From Ministeria vibrans ATCC 50519 (lineage: Eukaryota > Protista > Filasterea), in contig CALSCP010000425.1 in the NCBI GenBank assembly GCA_943704425.1, positions 74,917 to 107,453 of the forward strand: DNA of 32,537 bases, in the 5' to 3' direction. Shown here one piece after another: positions 1 to 11,300 of the stretch. Within the stretch, counting starts at the first letter, position 1, and every line of letters begins with the position of its first letter. The notes under the pieces are model-generated. The model was not told the origin of the DNA, made no database searches, and saw only the letters and a program-made list of their open reading frames with translations. A program made the translations under genes and the position numbers.

Positions 1-54
1 GTGGGCCAATTGGATAAGTCGTATTGTTTTGACTGACGTTGGTTTGTTTTTTAG

Positions 55-2910
55 ACCAAGTCTCCTGCGTCTCGTCACTCGCATGCTCGTCCACGCCGTC
101 CAATGGAGTCTGCGAGTAGGTCAAGCAAGCGCCATTGCAAGTCCTTCCAGCAGCGCGACATGACTCTAGCGACCATTCCGAGCAGTGCTGTTGACACTCC
201 AGTCGAAAAAGGAAACTCCGCACCTGTGTTCGTCCTTGCCATCTCTCCACACGTCAATTCAGGAAAGTCAACTCTGTTGAACACTCTTGTTTCCGACGAC
301 ATTACTATTGGTCTCTCGTACATCTCCCTTCACGACCATCTTCCCCGAAAAATTGTTCCCACCCGTCTCTCGTCTGCTGGTAAAATCAAATAGTGCACTC
401 CAAACTTTTCGTCTCTCACAATCTCTCGCTCGTGTAGCCTCTTTGATTTCTCATGCTCAACTATTTTTAAACTCGGATTGTTGGACTGTACTGGTCGTCG
501 TCAATGCTCGTGCCCTCCGCAACAACTGCCAGTCTGATCTTGAATACGATGCCCTTGCCAGTCTGTGCCAGACCGTCTCCTCAGCCTGCAAGTGCCACCC
601 ACACGTCTTGAACTCGCGCGTCGTCCTTGTCGCCACCCACATTGACCTTTACCCCCTGCCCATCGAAGCGTCTTCTCGTCTGCGTGACGCTCTCCACCCC
701 ATTCTGCCGTTTCTAGTGCGTCCAATCGAAACGCTCGGAGCTGACGGTCTCTTCTTTCCCGTCAGCTGCATCACCGGTCAAGGAGTCGATACGCTCCGTC
801 ATGCTCTGCTTCAAACCCCCTCTTCTTCACTGAAATCACGCCATTTAGCGTCCGTTTCCGAGGCGCTTCGATGCGATACCGATTTACCCCTCATTTGCAC
901 CGTTTCGAATTTCACCGCATTGTGCAGCGCCCATGCTGCGTTTCAAAGAAATTCCCGAGGCGGAAGCAGTGTGCCGCTTGACGCACGGGTTCTTGTTGAG
1001 CACCAGGAACGCAGTCAGTGTGCCGTTGTGTGGCATGCCGACGGTCAAGGGCCACTGACTCTCTCCGATCTCATTGTTGTGCAACCCCGACGCCTCATCG
1101 CTGCACTTGATCTTCTCTACGCAACGGTTTTCGGGCTGGCACAGTCGCGCCATTGGTGGAACACGGCCATTGGCGCTGCGTTTGCTGTCAACGAAATGCG
1201 CACGAGCCGTCTCTTGTCCGACATGAAACACTATCAGCGCTGTCCCGAAGAGGGTCTCCCGCGCGAACTAGCCTGGCTTCTCTGGAGCGTCGCCCCACAC
1301 CTCCCTCAGGTGCAGCAGTGCTTCTTCCCCGACAAAAGCTGTCCTTCTGCCCTTTCCGACATCTTGAATCCTCTGACGCTGCTCAACTTTGTGTACACCC
1401 GTGGCGAGCGTCTCTTCGTGCCGCAGCTACTGCCCACCGACGCCCCGTTCCTCCGTGAGATTCCGCGCGCCAGCAGCATCCAACTGCTTCTCTATCGCAC
1501 CTGCGACTCCACCATTCTGCCTGTCTCGCGTGCACTATTTCATTGTGTTCTCGTGCAGCTCTGGCACGAACTCAACCCAAGCAGTGGTGTGCTTCGAGCG
1601 ACGCAGACGTCGTCGAGTCTCATGACGCTGCCCTTGACATCCTCGTCAACCACCACGCGCTCCGTCCAGGTGCGTCTGAGTCTGGACGAGTCCAGTGCCG
1701 CGCTTCGTCTCGAAGTGTACGCTTCAGAGGTCTCGGCGCGCTGCGTGCGCGACGTCATTACATTCATCACGGACCAGGTGTGTGTAGAGACACAGCATGT
1801 GCAGCACGGCTGGCACGGCCAAGTCCTCGCGGTGCCCGTGCACCCGCACGATCTCACCCAGCCTGTGTTTGACCCTGCTCACGTTGTGCGCGCTCCTGAA
1901 GACTATCGCCAGCGGGACCGAATTGAACGGGTGCTTTTGTCGCACTCTGCAACCCAATGTAACCACAACATTCTGCATTGGTGGTCTCGAGCAAGTAAGA
2001 AAAACAGAAAAAGACATTATTGTTATTAATTGTATTGCTTTTGTTTTTGTCTTGTTTTTTTTTTTTTTTGCTGCTGCGCTGCTGCATAGCTGTCGGAGCG
2101 TACAAACATGCATCTGCGCTGATTATAGGTGTGAGTCGGTATGCGGCTACGGGTAATCCGTGTCTGCAGGCACTGCCGGATCTTCCAGGGGTTCAGGCGA
2201 GTGCGAGACTGCTGGGTCGCCTGTACACCGAGCGCGAGTGGGCGACCGTGGGAGTGGTCGTGGATGACCCATATTTGGGAGAGAGTGAGGTTACGCGAAA
2301 ATATGTGCGTGGCGTGGTATCGCAAATGGCGCAGGAGATGCGAGCGAGAAAGGCTGATGAAAAGGACACGCTGCTGGTGGTGCATCTGCTGGGTCATGGT
2401 GATGGCAGTGGTGGACTGCTACTCAGCGACGCAGGTGAAGTCTCCGATGGAGGTGCTTCTACTGGTTCATTTGGTTTGGACGAGTTGCGTGAGCTGCTTG
2501 AGGATGAGACGGTGGGCTGGAAAGGCTGCAATGTGTTAGTCGTGAGCGATATTTGCGAGGGAGAGATGGTCGCACGTGTCTCGCGGGAGTCAGACGACAC
2601 GACTGAGGCTGTGCCTGGCTATGCGCGACAGTGCATGCACTCGTCGTTGTCCTTTGATACCTATTTGCAGCACAATAAGCGCTACACGCGAATGACTTCC
2701 CTCTGGTGGAGTGCGCTGCAGCAGCAGAGGGCCTTTCGCGTGGGTGAATCCCTTCTGAGTGCTGCAGAGCTGTGTCGTCGTCTGACGCTGATGGACCCGG
2801 CCTTTGAGGAACATCTAGCAATGAGCCGCATCTGGGACTCGTGGTTGTCTGGCGAGACCTCCAACGCTGGCGACATTCTACTTGACAGACCCGAAAAAGA
2901 AGAACAATAA
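55..2910 (+). CDS. Roc-COR GTPase-like protein fused to a C-terminal caspase/metacaspase-like (peptidase C14) domain; exons 55(or ATG 103)-379, 438-1994, 2090-2910; likely continues upstream of the window
   Basis: Roc motifs: P-loop-like VNSGKSTLL, G2-like ITIGL, HAQLFL, G4 VVLVATHID, G5 FPVSCITGQGVDTLR. COR-like motifs LIVVQPRRLI and LFVPQLLP. GT-AG introns 380-437 and 1995-2089 join ORFs 103/287/2020 in frame. Caspase motifs: ALIIGVSRY, LPDLPG, VVHLLGHG (His 2395-2397), VLVVSDIC (Cys 2554-2556). A branch-point-like CTGAC (33-37) and poly-T+AG acceptor (53-54) lie upstream, in frame with ATG 103. Confidence 0.8.
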
Positions 2911-2998
2911 AAAAATAATAATAATAATTATTATTATTTTATTTTGTTCAAAATTTAATACGTCCTTTCAAAACACAAGAAAACAATAATAATAATAA

Positions 2999-3030
<32 letters not shown>

Positions 3031-3357
3031 CTTTGAGACAATTATGCACATTTTTGTGACAATATTAATGCTGACGAAATGCCATAATGAAATGGTTATA
3101 CTAATAAGAATGATCATTTTGAATAATGATTGTCGTGTGTACCCTATTAATTGTGTTGTGTCTTCACGAGTGTCTGTTGTGTGAGCCTTAAGGACGGACT
3201 GCGCGACTAAGGCACTGCATGCTGGTTAATAACTTAATGTCAAGTTTGACAAGTTAACGTATATTGTAAATTATAACTAGAAATGTTTCCGAAGAATAAT
3301 GAGAACCAAAACTCACTATTATTTTGAAATTAATTCTTTTCCTGCTGTCTTTTGGTG

Positions 3358-3372
3358 GTTACCCCTGGCAAC
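3358..3372. promoter_or_regulatory. RFX X-box-like motif GTTACC-CCT-GGCAAC upstream of CAMSAP
   Basis: Matches the GTNRCC-N(0-3)-RGYAAC consensus and lies about 40 nt upstream of the CAMSAP ATG (3414), at the edge of an AT-rich spacer. Confidence 0.55.
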
Positions 3373-3413
3373 GCCGTCTACATTGAGAGGGGCCGCCTCA
3401 GCTGGATCTGCTT

Positions 3414-6291
3414 ATGTCTCGTCAACGACCGTCGTCGGGTGTTGCGCCAAGTAGTCTACAGGTATCGTTTGGAGTGTGGGTAGTAGTACGGAGGAAGAGC
3501 AAGTGTAATTTGGAAATTCAAACTCGCGTCTCACAAACCGGGACGCTTCCTCGTGAGAGTGAATGGACCAGATCACTTGTGTTGCCGTTTGGGCTGTTCT
3601 CACGACCCCCCTGTCGCCCTCGCCCCTTCTCCCGCGCGCAGGGCAAGGTGCATGCGTCGTTGTCATGGCTCCTGCGTCTCGTCGCCCGCAACAAGCCCCC
3701 GGCGAGCGTTGTGCCTGATATGGACGCGGCACTCGACAAATGCGCTGGCGGGCACGATGCGGTGGCGCATCCCATGACGCGCAAACTCTTGTCGTCCGGC
3801 AAAGTGTACCGACTTGCGACAACCATCATTTTCAATCGCCAACCGTCCACCTCGAAGAAGGCAGCCTCGCCTGTCGACGAAATGACCGCCGTCTTGGGCT
3901 TTCTCTCGGCCGCCGGGTTTCGCGTGGTCGACGGTAATGGCTATGTGGACGCACGGGAGCTGGCCATGGCCTCGCCCTTTGTGGAGACCGCCCACATTGC
4001 GCTCATGGACTCGCTCATGGCGGCCTATGTCGCCTCGCTTGTCACGGTGCCTGCCGTTCTTGCTGCTGCAGAGTAAGAACAACAAGGGTTGCTTTTTTGT
4101 TGGGATACAATAGACTAAACAGGGAGAGTTGTAGGAACATTGAGACGACGGCTAAAAGTGCTTCGCTGCGACCATCAGAGGTTCAACTGGGCGCTGCCTT
4201 TGTTGTGTGGCTCAACGCCATTTCCACGCGTGTCTCTCGCTCGTTGGGCACACAGCTGGATAGTGGTTCCGTTGGGATGGTGCGTCGCACTCTGCCCTTC
4301 ATGGCAGAGTTGGTGCGCGATCTTGGAGACGGGCGGGTTCTGGCGACCCTCGTTGCGTACTACGTTCCTGACGTGCTCCCACTACGCGCACTGCGTTTGG
4401 AGAACCACCTGTCGGTTGATGATGCGCTGTACAACCTTGATTTAGTGCGGTGGACATGCCAGCGGCTCAACGTCGACTTTCCCTTTGCACTCGAGGACAT
4501 TGTGTACGCAAATGGGGATTTGCGTCTCAATCTTATGGTGTTCCTCGCCGATCTGTTTGTACTGCTTGAGATGGTCGATCTTGACGACCGTCTCGAGTTG
4601 GGTACGGCTGCTGCAAGTGTGGCACGACGAAGTGCCGAAGTTGTACCACATCAGCAACAACGGCAGAAGCAGTCGCAGGGAGTGGAACCCAATGCTGAAG
4701 CGGACGAAGAGGCAAAGCTGGCACGCAAGAACCAAGAAGAAGGGCAGCGCATGCTTGAGTGGCTGTCAAGTCTGGGAGAAACTGGACGTGCGCGTGGCGG
4801 TGGTAGCGCTGCTGTGGGTGTGAGTCCGTTGATTTCGAAGCAAGCGAATGTGCTGGTGCGACAACTAGCCCAACGACGCAAAGAGATTGAGCATTCGGCT
4901 GTGTCGCGCAGACAGGCCCAGGAAAGGGTTGCTCGCCGAGTTCTAGAGATGGTGTTGGGTCAGAAGAGCACAAACAAAGAGTTCACAACAAAAAAGGAGT
5001 TCACAGTGACTGAGTCGTCACCGCCCGTGGCACAAGCGGCGGGTGTCTCAAGCGTGTCTGAGCCCCAGGTGGCATCTTCTCAGGGGGCAGGCATCTCATG
5101 CGCATCTCAGCCCCACTCGCCATTTTCCTCCACTCAAATCAACCCCCGCTCAGTGGTCTCCCCTTCTGCTGCATCCCATCCTGTCACGCTTGCTCAGGTG
5201 ACATCACTTGTTGCATCTCCTCCCGTCACAATTGCCCAGCCGGGTTCGCCTTCGCTGCCTTCCTCTTCTGTTGCATCTCTCTCTATAGCAATCAAGTCGA
5301 CTCAGTCACCATTGCCGTTGAGCTCTCCTCCCCCAAGCCACTCACAGACAGCAACGGTCATCCTTTCACATTCACACACTCCGCCCGCCGACACACCCTC
5401 ATCTCCCGCCGCTCCCCTCTCGTCGCCTCTTTCGTCCCCCACTGCCGCTCGGCCCCGCGTCATTGACATTCCTCTCCCGGCCTCTTCATCCACCTCTGCA
5501 TCGAATAGTGGAGCCCGTTCGCGCGCGGGATACTTTGTCATTGGCGAGACGGTAGAGAGCGAACGCCTCAGCAAACGCAAGCAGCAGTTTATTGAGCAGC
5601 GCCAGCGTGAGATCCAAGAGGAGCGCGACCGTCAGCGAGAGCGACGCAATCTTGTTGAGAAACAACCCGCTCCCGTGAAAAGGTACAAAAAAAAATGAAT
5701 GAGAATAGAGATAGTAGAGTCTCATTGGTTTTGTGCAGTGCTCCGTCTCCTGTCAAACCAGCTGTGCGTGCTCCCATCCCCATTGTACGCAGCACTCCAG
5801 GGCGCTCTGCTCCAGTCAAGTCTGCTTCACTCCAGTCGACGCCCCAGCGACGCCCCGCCGTCATGTCCACCACCCCTCGTCTCAAGATGCAGCCGTCCTC
5901 GTCAGGTCCTCCGCTGCCGCCCACACGCCGCAAGAGTAACCGCAACATTCTGCGCAATGCCATCCTTCACACGTGTCTCTCGGGTCCTGTCAATGGCGCA
6001 CTTCAAAAAGAGGTTCTGGCACGTCTAGACGAGGCACGCGCCGATCAGTGTCTGATTCTGTTTCGCGACACGCGAGGCTTTAAGTTTCGCGCCCTCTATG
6101 TGTACAAACACGAGACGGGTGCACTTGTCAAATTGTGCGGTGTGGGCCCCGCAACCGTCGCCCCCGATGCGATTGTCGCGTTCTACAAGTATGACACAGG
6201 TGATCGGTCTTTCAGGCCTATGCAAGTGTCCGAAATTAATCAGGGTATCGATGCGTTTGCCCTGGAACCGTCGCTGTGGGGTAGAAGATAG
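3414..6291 (+). CDS. CAMSAP: CAMSAP/patronin microtubule minus-end binding protein (CH domain, coiled coils, CKK domain); introns 4073-4134, 5683-5738 and probably 3462-3641
   Basis: N-terminal GKVHASLSWLL and HIALMDSLMAAY; CH domain RDLGDGRVLATLVAYYVP...SVDDALYNLDLV...FALEDIVY...NLMVFLADLF; CKK domain KSNRNILRNAILHTCLSGPVN...LILFRD...FRALY...FYKYDTGDRSF...IDAF. The GT-AG introns restore frame across ORFs 3414/4097/5695. Confidence 0.92.
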
Positions 6292-7579
6292 AGACGTTGT
6301 TTGGAATACCACGTGTAATACAAGACTATAATTAGCGTAATTTTTCATTTTAACAGTTGCTTTGTTTTGAAAAAGTATCAATAATTGCTTTTGCCCTAGG
6401 ACTTCCAAAATATATATATATTCACTTTAAGCTGGTGCACCATAAGAGGCAATGTAAGGATTGAAAAAGTCAGGAGATGACCAAATTTGGCACAACACTA
6501 ATATCAACTTTCATCCTAGGTTTTCCACAAAAAAAACTAATATCAACTTATCAGTATCAGCATTTAACCAACGACACGTTTAATCAGATAACAGGCTCCT
6601 CTTATGTGTTTCTTAGAAACAAATGAAACCTTTAGGTGACTTTTAGAGGCGGAGGCGATTGTTTTTGAAACAATTGAAACTCAAAATAAGCTGTACTTTA
6701 TATTATAACAATATTTTCGCCATGTATATGTTAATTCGCTTGTGCAGCATTGAAATATAATATGTCGTGCGAAATTCAAATGTAAATCAATAGTGACAAG
6801 AAACAGATGTACAGCGAAAACTGTAAATTTATTTGAATATTTGAGATTTTCCGGTGTGAGTCCGACGATAAGGGCGCCTTTGAGAGCTGATATGCCATCC
6901 AAACACAACACGTCAAGGCTTAAATAGGCGAGACGGCGGACGAGTTAGCAAATAGGGGGTTGCCAGTTGAGTTGAGTGCACATTAAAATACCTTCAGGTT
7001 GATAAAGTTGAAGGCGAGAGAGACCAAGACGAAAGGTCGTTGGCGGTGAGGAAAAAACCCGTGCAGAAGGGGGGCTGAAGCGGGTGGTAAAGGTTTTTTT
7101 TGGGAAGTAGGTGCTGTTTGTGGACTTTCCTCTGTGATTACAACTTCATTACAACCGAGTCGCGACAAAGCTAGAATTATACACGACAATTGAATTTCGA
7201 CGAATGAAGCGAATGGATCAGGGCAAACTGGTGGGGGCAATCAGTGATCAATTTGGTCACGGGCAATTGAGCGAAGGGTGACTAACCAGGTTGTCTTGTA
7301 CAATGAAGCTTTTGCCCAAGGGAGTTCCAAAAAAACGCCAATAAAAGCTGACGCAATTTCAGGTTTGTACTACAATGCTGTATTGTTCAATAGCCAGCAT
7401 TCCCAACGCACCCATACTTCTCATTTCACAATCCACTTTTGGTTTGGTTTCTAAATATTTTACATACAAGTCGATTTTTCTCACTTGTTGGAAACGCAAA
7501 ACGCAAACATCACTTCTCCTCCATGGAAACATAATCCGCCGCGGAGGGGCCTCACAGAGTGCCGTGACACAAAGTGTTA

Positions 7580-7581
<2 letters not shown>

Positions 7582-7669
<88 letters not shown>
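7582..7669. repeat. (CT)n microsatellite, about 44 units
   Basis: Directly visible. It ends in ...CTAG, resembling intronic polypyrimidine tracts elsewhere in the window. Confidence 0.95.
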
Positions 7670-7670
<1 letters not shown>

Positions 7671-8333
7671 GGAACATCATTGCCCGCATTCCCGTTCTTG
7701 CTTGATGGCGTGGTTGTGGTCGCTTTGTTGTTATGGTGTTACGCACCTCTGTCAGCGGAATGTGTTGGCCTGCCACACCGTCGCGCGTCGGGAATGCTGA
7801 GACGGAGGCCCACCATGCCTCGGCGGATGCTGGCGGTGCCCGTGACAAGTGCGTTGTAGCAGAGCAACAGCTCAGCGCGGGTCGTACATTCTGTCATTGA
7901 GTGGCGATGGACTTGTAGGCTCCACCTAACCCACCACTCCATCACTGACTGCCTTCCCGGCACCCTGACCAGCTTGCCGTTCTTGACTTGATCTTAGAGC
8001 AGCACCCGTCTCAGCTGGCATTGGATACGAAGCGTCTTAACCAGGTGATGAGGCTGGACAGGAACAGCCCTGACAGCGCATTTATTCTCGATGTGCGTTC
8101 CAAATCGTGTGCAACAGCGCGTCAATGAGTTAGCTTTTGAGTGAATGGGTTCAATCACCTTTGAATCGTGCATATTTCGCGCTGTCCGTCCCCTAATCTC
8201 AATGTCATTGTCATAGCTTTTACATAGTCACAGCGTCTTTACCGGCCTACATCGGCCACACCAAGGGAATAACTCCAAACAAATCATCTAATCTATTTAT
8301 CCAAACTAATTTATATTGCAGTTCTTTCATGAT

Positions 8334-11300
8334 ATGATCGTGATTCTCCTCCTCCTCCTCATCACTCCCTACTCCCACTGCACCCCTCTCAACACATTCT
8401 CGGCGGTCAGCCCTGTCCCGTTCACGCCGCTGGGCCGCGATGGGTCTGCGGCCGCCTTGCTCAGCGACGACTTACTCGCCGTGTTCGGAGGGCTTGCAGG
8501 CACCACCACGCCCTACCGAGGCTCAACCCTGTGTGCCGGAGACCCCGACGCGACCCCCGGAACGCCCGTGATCAGCAACGAAACGCTGTTTTTCCGGCTG
8601 CGCAAGCAACAGTGGACGCGACTCGGCAGCACGTCCAACGCCACCGCCCCGCCCGCTCTCTGGCTGGGGTCCAGCGTAGCCCTGCCTGCAGCGTCGCCCC
8701 TCTTCGATTTGCTTGTCTTTGGCGGGATTACATGCGGCCAGCGTCTGTCTGGGGCCTTTTGGCGACTGTCCTTTCGTGGCGATGCACAATTCCACTGGAC
8801 GAATCTCGACAGTGCACTCTTACCCCCACCGCGAAATACAGCCGCGTTCTTCCGTGTTCTCGACCAGCATGCGCTTCTCTTTTGGGGCATGGGATCCTCC
8901 ACCACACAGCCTGTCTATCCACTTCCATTGCTCGACGATTATTGGTTGTGGAATTCGACATCGTCCTCTTGGACGGAACTCGAGCTGGAAGCGGGCACGA
9001 CGCCTCTGGCACCTCTCTTGTCGAGTGGCATCGTCGCACTCAACGACACCACTCTCGTTGTTTGCACAGGCACTCGTGCAGATGGCTCCTTTGTGCCCGA
9101 CGTGTACTACCTGCAGCTCATTGGTGAACACCCGCGCGTTCGCTTCACCTTCCTTGCGCGTGTCGCACTACCGCCCTTTTCGTACAGCGCCGCCATTTAT
9201 GTACCACCCACAAACAGTCTGTTTACCATGGCACAGCCCACCATTACGTATGCTGCCGCCTCCGAGACGCTCTTCGATACGGCGGCACTCTACTTGAATA
9301 CCTACGCAGTGAACCTCAGCGACTTTTCCGTGCACTCTCAGTCCACTGTCAACAATCTTAACTCGCGCACCAACCCAGCCATGGTGTACTCCTCACAGCT
9401 GAACAGCGCCATTCTCTTTGGTGGACTCTTTGTCGGCGGACTGGGCTCTGGTGTCCTCACGGCAGACGTGGAGCTTTTCTCCTTTGATACCCACTTGTAT
9501 ACTATCGTCGTACAAAACACATAATCTGTTGACACACATTTTTTATTTATAGGTGGTCTCCTTTGCGTGTCGTGGCTGGTCCCGCCACCTTTTCAGGTGC
9601 TTCCTTTGCGACGTTGCCCGCTTTGCATGACATTGTGGTGTACGGTGGCGACGGACAGATTGCGGGTGCGAGTGAGGCGGAAATGTGGCGCCTGACACAA
9701 GAAGGCAGTGCAAGTGGCGAGCCCGTCTGGTTCAATGTGCCCCTCATCAATGCACCCCCCGAGGGACGCACTTCGTCTAGCATGACACTGGTTGGACCGG
9801 ACAATGGTGATGGTTCGATGACTCTGCTTCTTTTTGGTGGCTATTTTCAACGCGCACGACTCACTCCGCCGCAATTTTCACTTTTTGTCAACTCTCTCTT
9901 TCGTGTCACGCTACAGCCTGACTTTGCTACGTACGAACTTGTTGCTCCTCAGAGCACCGTTATACCCTCTCCACGTGCTTTTATGAGCATTGTCACGATT
10001 CCAAGTAGCGATCCTGCCTGTGTGCTTCTTCATGGCGGACAATACGCCCTCAACTACTCGGAATCCATTGTTAACATTGAGTCCATTGCGCGCTTCCTCT
10101 ACAACGACACCTGGCTCTACTGCGACACAACACTCGAATGGACACTGCTGACGATGTCTGGACCGCGCGTGTCCGAGTACCTCATGGTGGCTCCGAGTGC
10201 GACGGAAGCAGTGCTTTTTGGCGGGAGTGAACCTGTCGTTGAGAGAAACTCAGACGGGCCGTATCACCAACTGCGCACGACCAATGCACTGTGGCACTTT
10301 GATCTGAACACGCGCGTGTGGCGCAACATTACATCTCTATCGCGTGGACCCTTACCCGGTCCGCGTATGAGCGGTGTGGTGGCTCTGGCGGGTCAGCGTA
10401 TGCTCATTGCGGGCGGTGTTGCCTCGGCGATGCCCACCTTTCTCGCTTTGCCTCATCTTTACTCAGACCTCTGGTCGCTTTTTCTACCCACATACCAATG
10501 GACGCAACTTAAAGCGGTTTCCGATGGGGCTCAGACAGGATTTCAGTCCGTGATCTTTGGGTCATGGCTCGCAAACGCATCGTCAACTCTCTTCATCCAA
10601 TGCCAGTCAAACCCGCACTTGGCCGTGTCTGTCTCGCCCGGATGCAGTGCGGGCCAGTTTTCCTCGTTGTTTCTCGACCACGCATGTCAACTGTGCCCAC
10701 ATGGCACCTACGCCAACACAACGGGCGCTACCGAGTGTGTTTCATGCCCAGCACTCACAAGCACTCCTCGCGAGGGTGCAGTATCGGTGATCGAGTGCAC
10801 TGTGTGCGTTGATGATGCGTGCTCGGGACACGGACACTGCGCAGTGCTTGCCACATCGTTTACCGTTGAGTGCACATGCAATGCGCTATACTTTTCAAGT
10901 GACCGCTGTCGCACACCGTGGGGCGCCGTTATTCTTGCAAGTGTAGGTGTCGCTGTGATTCTCCTGGGTGCCGTGGTGTGTTTCCAGCGCCGTTCCCGTC
11001 GCTTTGAGCATCTCAAGGAACACGCCGAGTTTCTCAAGGAACACACTGAACTGCTACTCCACGACCGAAATGAGCAAGTGGAGGCACTTGAGAGCACCTG
11101 GCGCATCTCCTACGCTGATCTGGCGAGTCTTGAGCGGCTCTCGGCCGGTGCCTTTGGTGAGGTCTTTGCCGGTGTGTGGTGTGGCCGTCCGGTCGCTGTC
11201 AAGTTTTTACAGGAGGCAGTCTGCGAGTCCGATCATTTGTCGTTGGATGAGTTTCAGCGTGAAATCACCTTTTTGCGCAGCATCCGACATGCGCACATTG

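Noticed and set aside
2020-2090. Apparent signal peptide or TM (MLLIVLLLFLSCFFFFLLL) on ORF 2020-2910
   Set aside because: It is the translated poly-T tract of intron 1995-2089, and the ORF has no ATG start there.
6440-6970. Possible MITE or hAT remnant (9-bp inverted CATAAGAGG/CCTCTTATG, duplicated ACTAATATCAACTT, TAGGGGGTTGCCAG)
   Set aside because: The matches are short, with no paired terminal inverted repeats or target-site duplication.
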